From the human T2T-CHM13v2.0 reference genome, Homo sapiens, in the NCBI RefSeq assembly GCF_009914755.1, contig NC_060944.1: 64,000 nt of DNA, one strand, 5' to 3'. Under the pieces are notes generated by a model. That model was not told the origin of the DNA. It saw only the letters and a list, made by a program, of their open reading frames with translations, and ran no database searches. Shown here piece by piece: positions 60,014 to 64,000 of this stretch; position 1 is the stretch's first letter, and each line of letters starts with the position of its first letter. The translations under genes and the position numbers were made by a program.

Positions 60014-60131
60014 CTTTCCTACTGTAGAGAAAAACTCTTCCAAATCCCTTGGTCGAATTCTTGCCGCCAGCTGCATACAGAAGACTGTCCTTGCATCTCT
60101 TTCCTCAGGAGTTAAATTATCAATAGGTTCT
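60014..60131 (-). CDS. RBM39: RBM39 exon (~7): EPIDNLTPEERDARTVFCMQLAARIRPRDLEEFFSTVGK (start of RRM1)
   Basis: 118 nt, attag| ... AAG|GTAATC; upstream exons lie beyond the window; exon numbers from memory. Confidence 0.96.
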
Positions 60132-60467
60132 CTAATAGGAGTAAAACATATAAAATTAATTTCATAACAGATTTTAAAATAATTTTTATCTTTTTTATTT
60201 CTTCATATAGTTCAACAGGTTTTCAGGTACAGGTGGGTTTTGGTTACATAGATGAGTTCTTTAATGGTGAATTCTGAGATTTTAGTGTACCTGTCACCTG
60301 AGCAGTATATACTGTACCCTCACTCCTTTCCCAACTCCACAACAATATTTCCATCTTTAGAAACCAGGTCTTGCTATGCTGCACAAGTTGGTCTTGAACT
60401 ACTGATCTCAAGCAATCCTTTTGCCCTAAACTCCCCCATAGCTACGGCATTTCACCATGTTAACTAG

Positions 60468-60581
<114 letters not shown>

Positions 60582-61017
60582 TAAACAGAGTAAGCTGTGA
60601 AACTGGTTTGTCATAATTCCCAAACCCATTTTCTTTTTTTTTTTTTTTTTTTTCCAGAGGAAGTCTTGTTCTTGTCCCCCAGGCTTGGAGTGCAACGGCG
60701 CCATCTTGGCTCACCACAACCTCCGCCTCCCTGAGTTCAAGCAATTCTGCTGCCTCAGCCTCCTGAGTAGCTGGGACTACAGGCGCCTGCCACCACACCC
60801 AGCTAATTTTTGTATTTTAAGTAGAGATGTGGTTTCACCATGTTGGCCAGGCTGGTCTCCAACTTTTGATCTCAGGTGATGTGCCCGCCTCGGCCTCCCA
60901 AAGTGCTGGGATTACAGGCATGAGGCACCGCACCCGGCCAACCCAAGCCCATTTTCAGTAAGATCTATTGACAAAAAATGCGCATAAAACTATTCAATGT
61001 AACTCAATTCCTTCTAA

Positions 61018-61312
<295 letters not shown>

Positions 61313-62347
61313 TAGCCAGGATGGTCTTGATCTCCTGATCTCGTGATCCACCCGCCTCGGCCTCCAAAAGTACTCGGATTGTAGGCGTCAGCCACCACGC
61401 CTGGCCCAAAAAGGGTAATTTTTCTAAAACAAGGGTCAACCAGAAGCCTGACAGTTTAATCATAGTCATAAAACATATCACCAGACCAATCACAAATGCC
61501 AGACTGATCCAAAATCAGTGTAATGGATGATTCTTTACAACAAAACCATGTAATTGTAAAGTCAAATTAAGTTTGACAATCACAAATGGCAAACTTGAAG
61601 TGAAACCCCAAATGATTCTACAAATTCTACTTTACAAATTTAGATACAGTGTCTATTAACATCATCTCTGTTACAAAATATCAATTAAGGTTGTAAGTCA
61701 TCCTTTAAGATGTAAGCCTAAACACGATCTTTTCCATTTTTTGGACACTCTCAGGATGTACGGGGGTTGGGGTGGTCGCTCCACCTGTAAGATTTGTCAC
61801 AAAAGCTTTTTTTTCTTTTTGGAAACGCAGTCTAGCTGTCACCCAGGCTGGAGTGCAGTGGTGTGATCTTGGCTCATCACAACCTCCATCTCACGGGTTC
61901 AAGCAATTCTCCTGCCTCTCTTCCCGAGTAACTGGGATTACACGCACGCGCCACTACATCCGGCTAATTTTTGTACTTTATTAGTAGAGATGGGGTTTCA
62001 CCATGTTGGTCAGGCTGGTCTCGATATCCTGACCTTATTGTTACAGGCATGAGCCACCACGCCAGGCACAAAAGCTTTTAAGGCCGGGAGTAGCGTGCAG
62101 ATTGCTTGGCCCTGGATTTTCAGACCAACTGAGCAACATGGCAAAACCTTGTCTCTACAAAAAAAAAATAGAAAAATTAGCAGGGCATGGTGGCTGCACC
62201 TATAGTCCCAGCTACTCGGGAGGCTAACCTGGGTGGGATTGCTTATGACCGGCCATTAGAAACTGCAGTGAGACATGATTGCGTCACTGCACTATAGCCT
62301 GGGTGACAAAGAGAAACCCTACCTCAAAAAATAAAAAATAAAAATAA

Positions 62348-62967
<620 letters not shown>

Positions 62968-63592
62968 TAGCCAGGCTGGTCTCGATCTCTTGACCTTGTG
63001 GATCCACCCACCTCAGTCTCCCAAAGTGCTGGGATTACCCGCGTGAGCCACCGGGCCTGGCCTACAATTCTTATTTTTAAGAGTAAAATAATCCATGGAA
63101 ACTTCATTGAAGAACCTAGGAGTAACAATTCAAATCACTAAGACTTCTGAGATGAAATAGTTTTCCTCAGGACAGCCAAATAGTAAAACTTACTGTTACA
63201 ACTACTTCTCCACGAGGCTATTTCAAATAACTCATTATTTATTAATTCCAAAGTTAAGTGTAAAGTTTGATATAACTGCTACGTTGCCAACACAAAGAAA
63301 CATTTAACACGAATAAGCTAATTACCCGATTTGATCATTACACTGTATACATGTATCAAAACGTAACTGTATTACCCATATACATAATCATTACATGTCC
63401 ATTAAAAATAATAAATGCAAAAAGTTTATTTTAATTAAAATAGGAAAATAAGATTACATTAAAATAACTTTAGACTGGGAGTGGTGGCTCCTGCCTGTAA
63501 TCCCAGCACTTTGGGAGGCTGAGGAGGGCAGATCATGAGCTCAGGAGTTCAAGACCAGCCTGACCAACATGGTGAAACCCCGTCTCTACTTA

Positions 63593-63787
<195 letters not shown>

Positions 63788-63892
63788 TCACACCTGCAAT
63801 CCTACCACTTTGAGAGGCCAAGGTGGGTGGACCATCTGAGGTCCGGAGCTCAACACTAGGCTAGCCAACATGGTGAAATCCCATCGCTACTA

Positions 63893-64000
<108 letters not shown>

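Noticed and set aside
61700-61800. GC/CpG-containing patch in RBM39 intron 6 with TTACAG|GTGGAG on the - strand
   Set aside because: Poor pyrimidine tract and no convincing donor nearby; cannot support an exon

Overview
Human genomic DNA, recognisably chromosome 20q11.22 (locus identity from memory of the proteins). The window is Alu-saturated and contains three genes whose exons I traced by hand through GT-AG junctions. NFS1 (- strand) is complete: 13 coding exons, 1374 nt, 457 aa cysteine desulfurase. ROMO1 (+ strand) is complete: 79 aa, head-to-head with NFS1 on a CpG-island bidirectional promoter. RBM39/CAPERalpha (- strand) is present as its 3' 11 coding exons, convergent with ROMO1. Other elements are a solo LTR13-type ERV LTR with a CTCF-like motif, a U13 snoRNA retrocopy, L1M/MIR/MST fragments and dozens of nested Alus. 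Almost all ORFs in the supplied track are Alu-derived noise. The most interesting unexplained structure is a 4.8 kb Alu-free stretch around RBM39 exon 13. It holds several well-formed candidate cassette exons, each of which would introduce a premature stop, so it may be a second NMD/autoregulatory module of RBM39. Other oddities: an 85 bp non-repeat duplication bracketing the RBM39 3' end, a templated-insertion-like scar, and an inverted-Alu fusion junction. No computation or database search was run, and the cryptic-exon calls are predictions.
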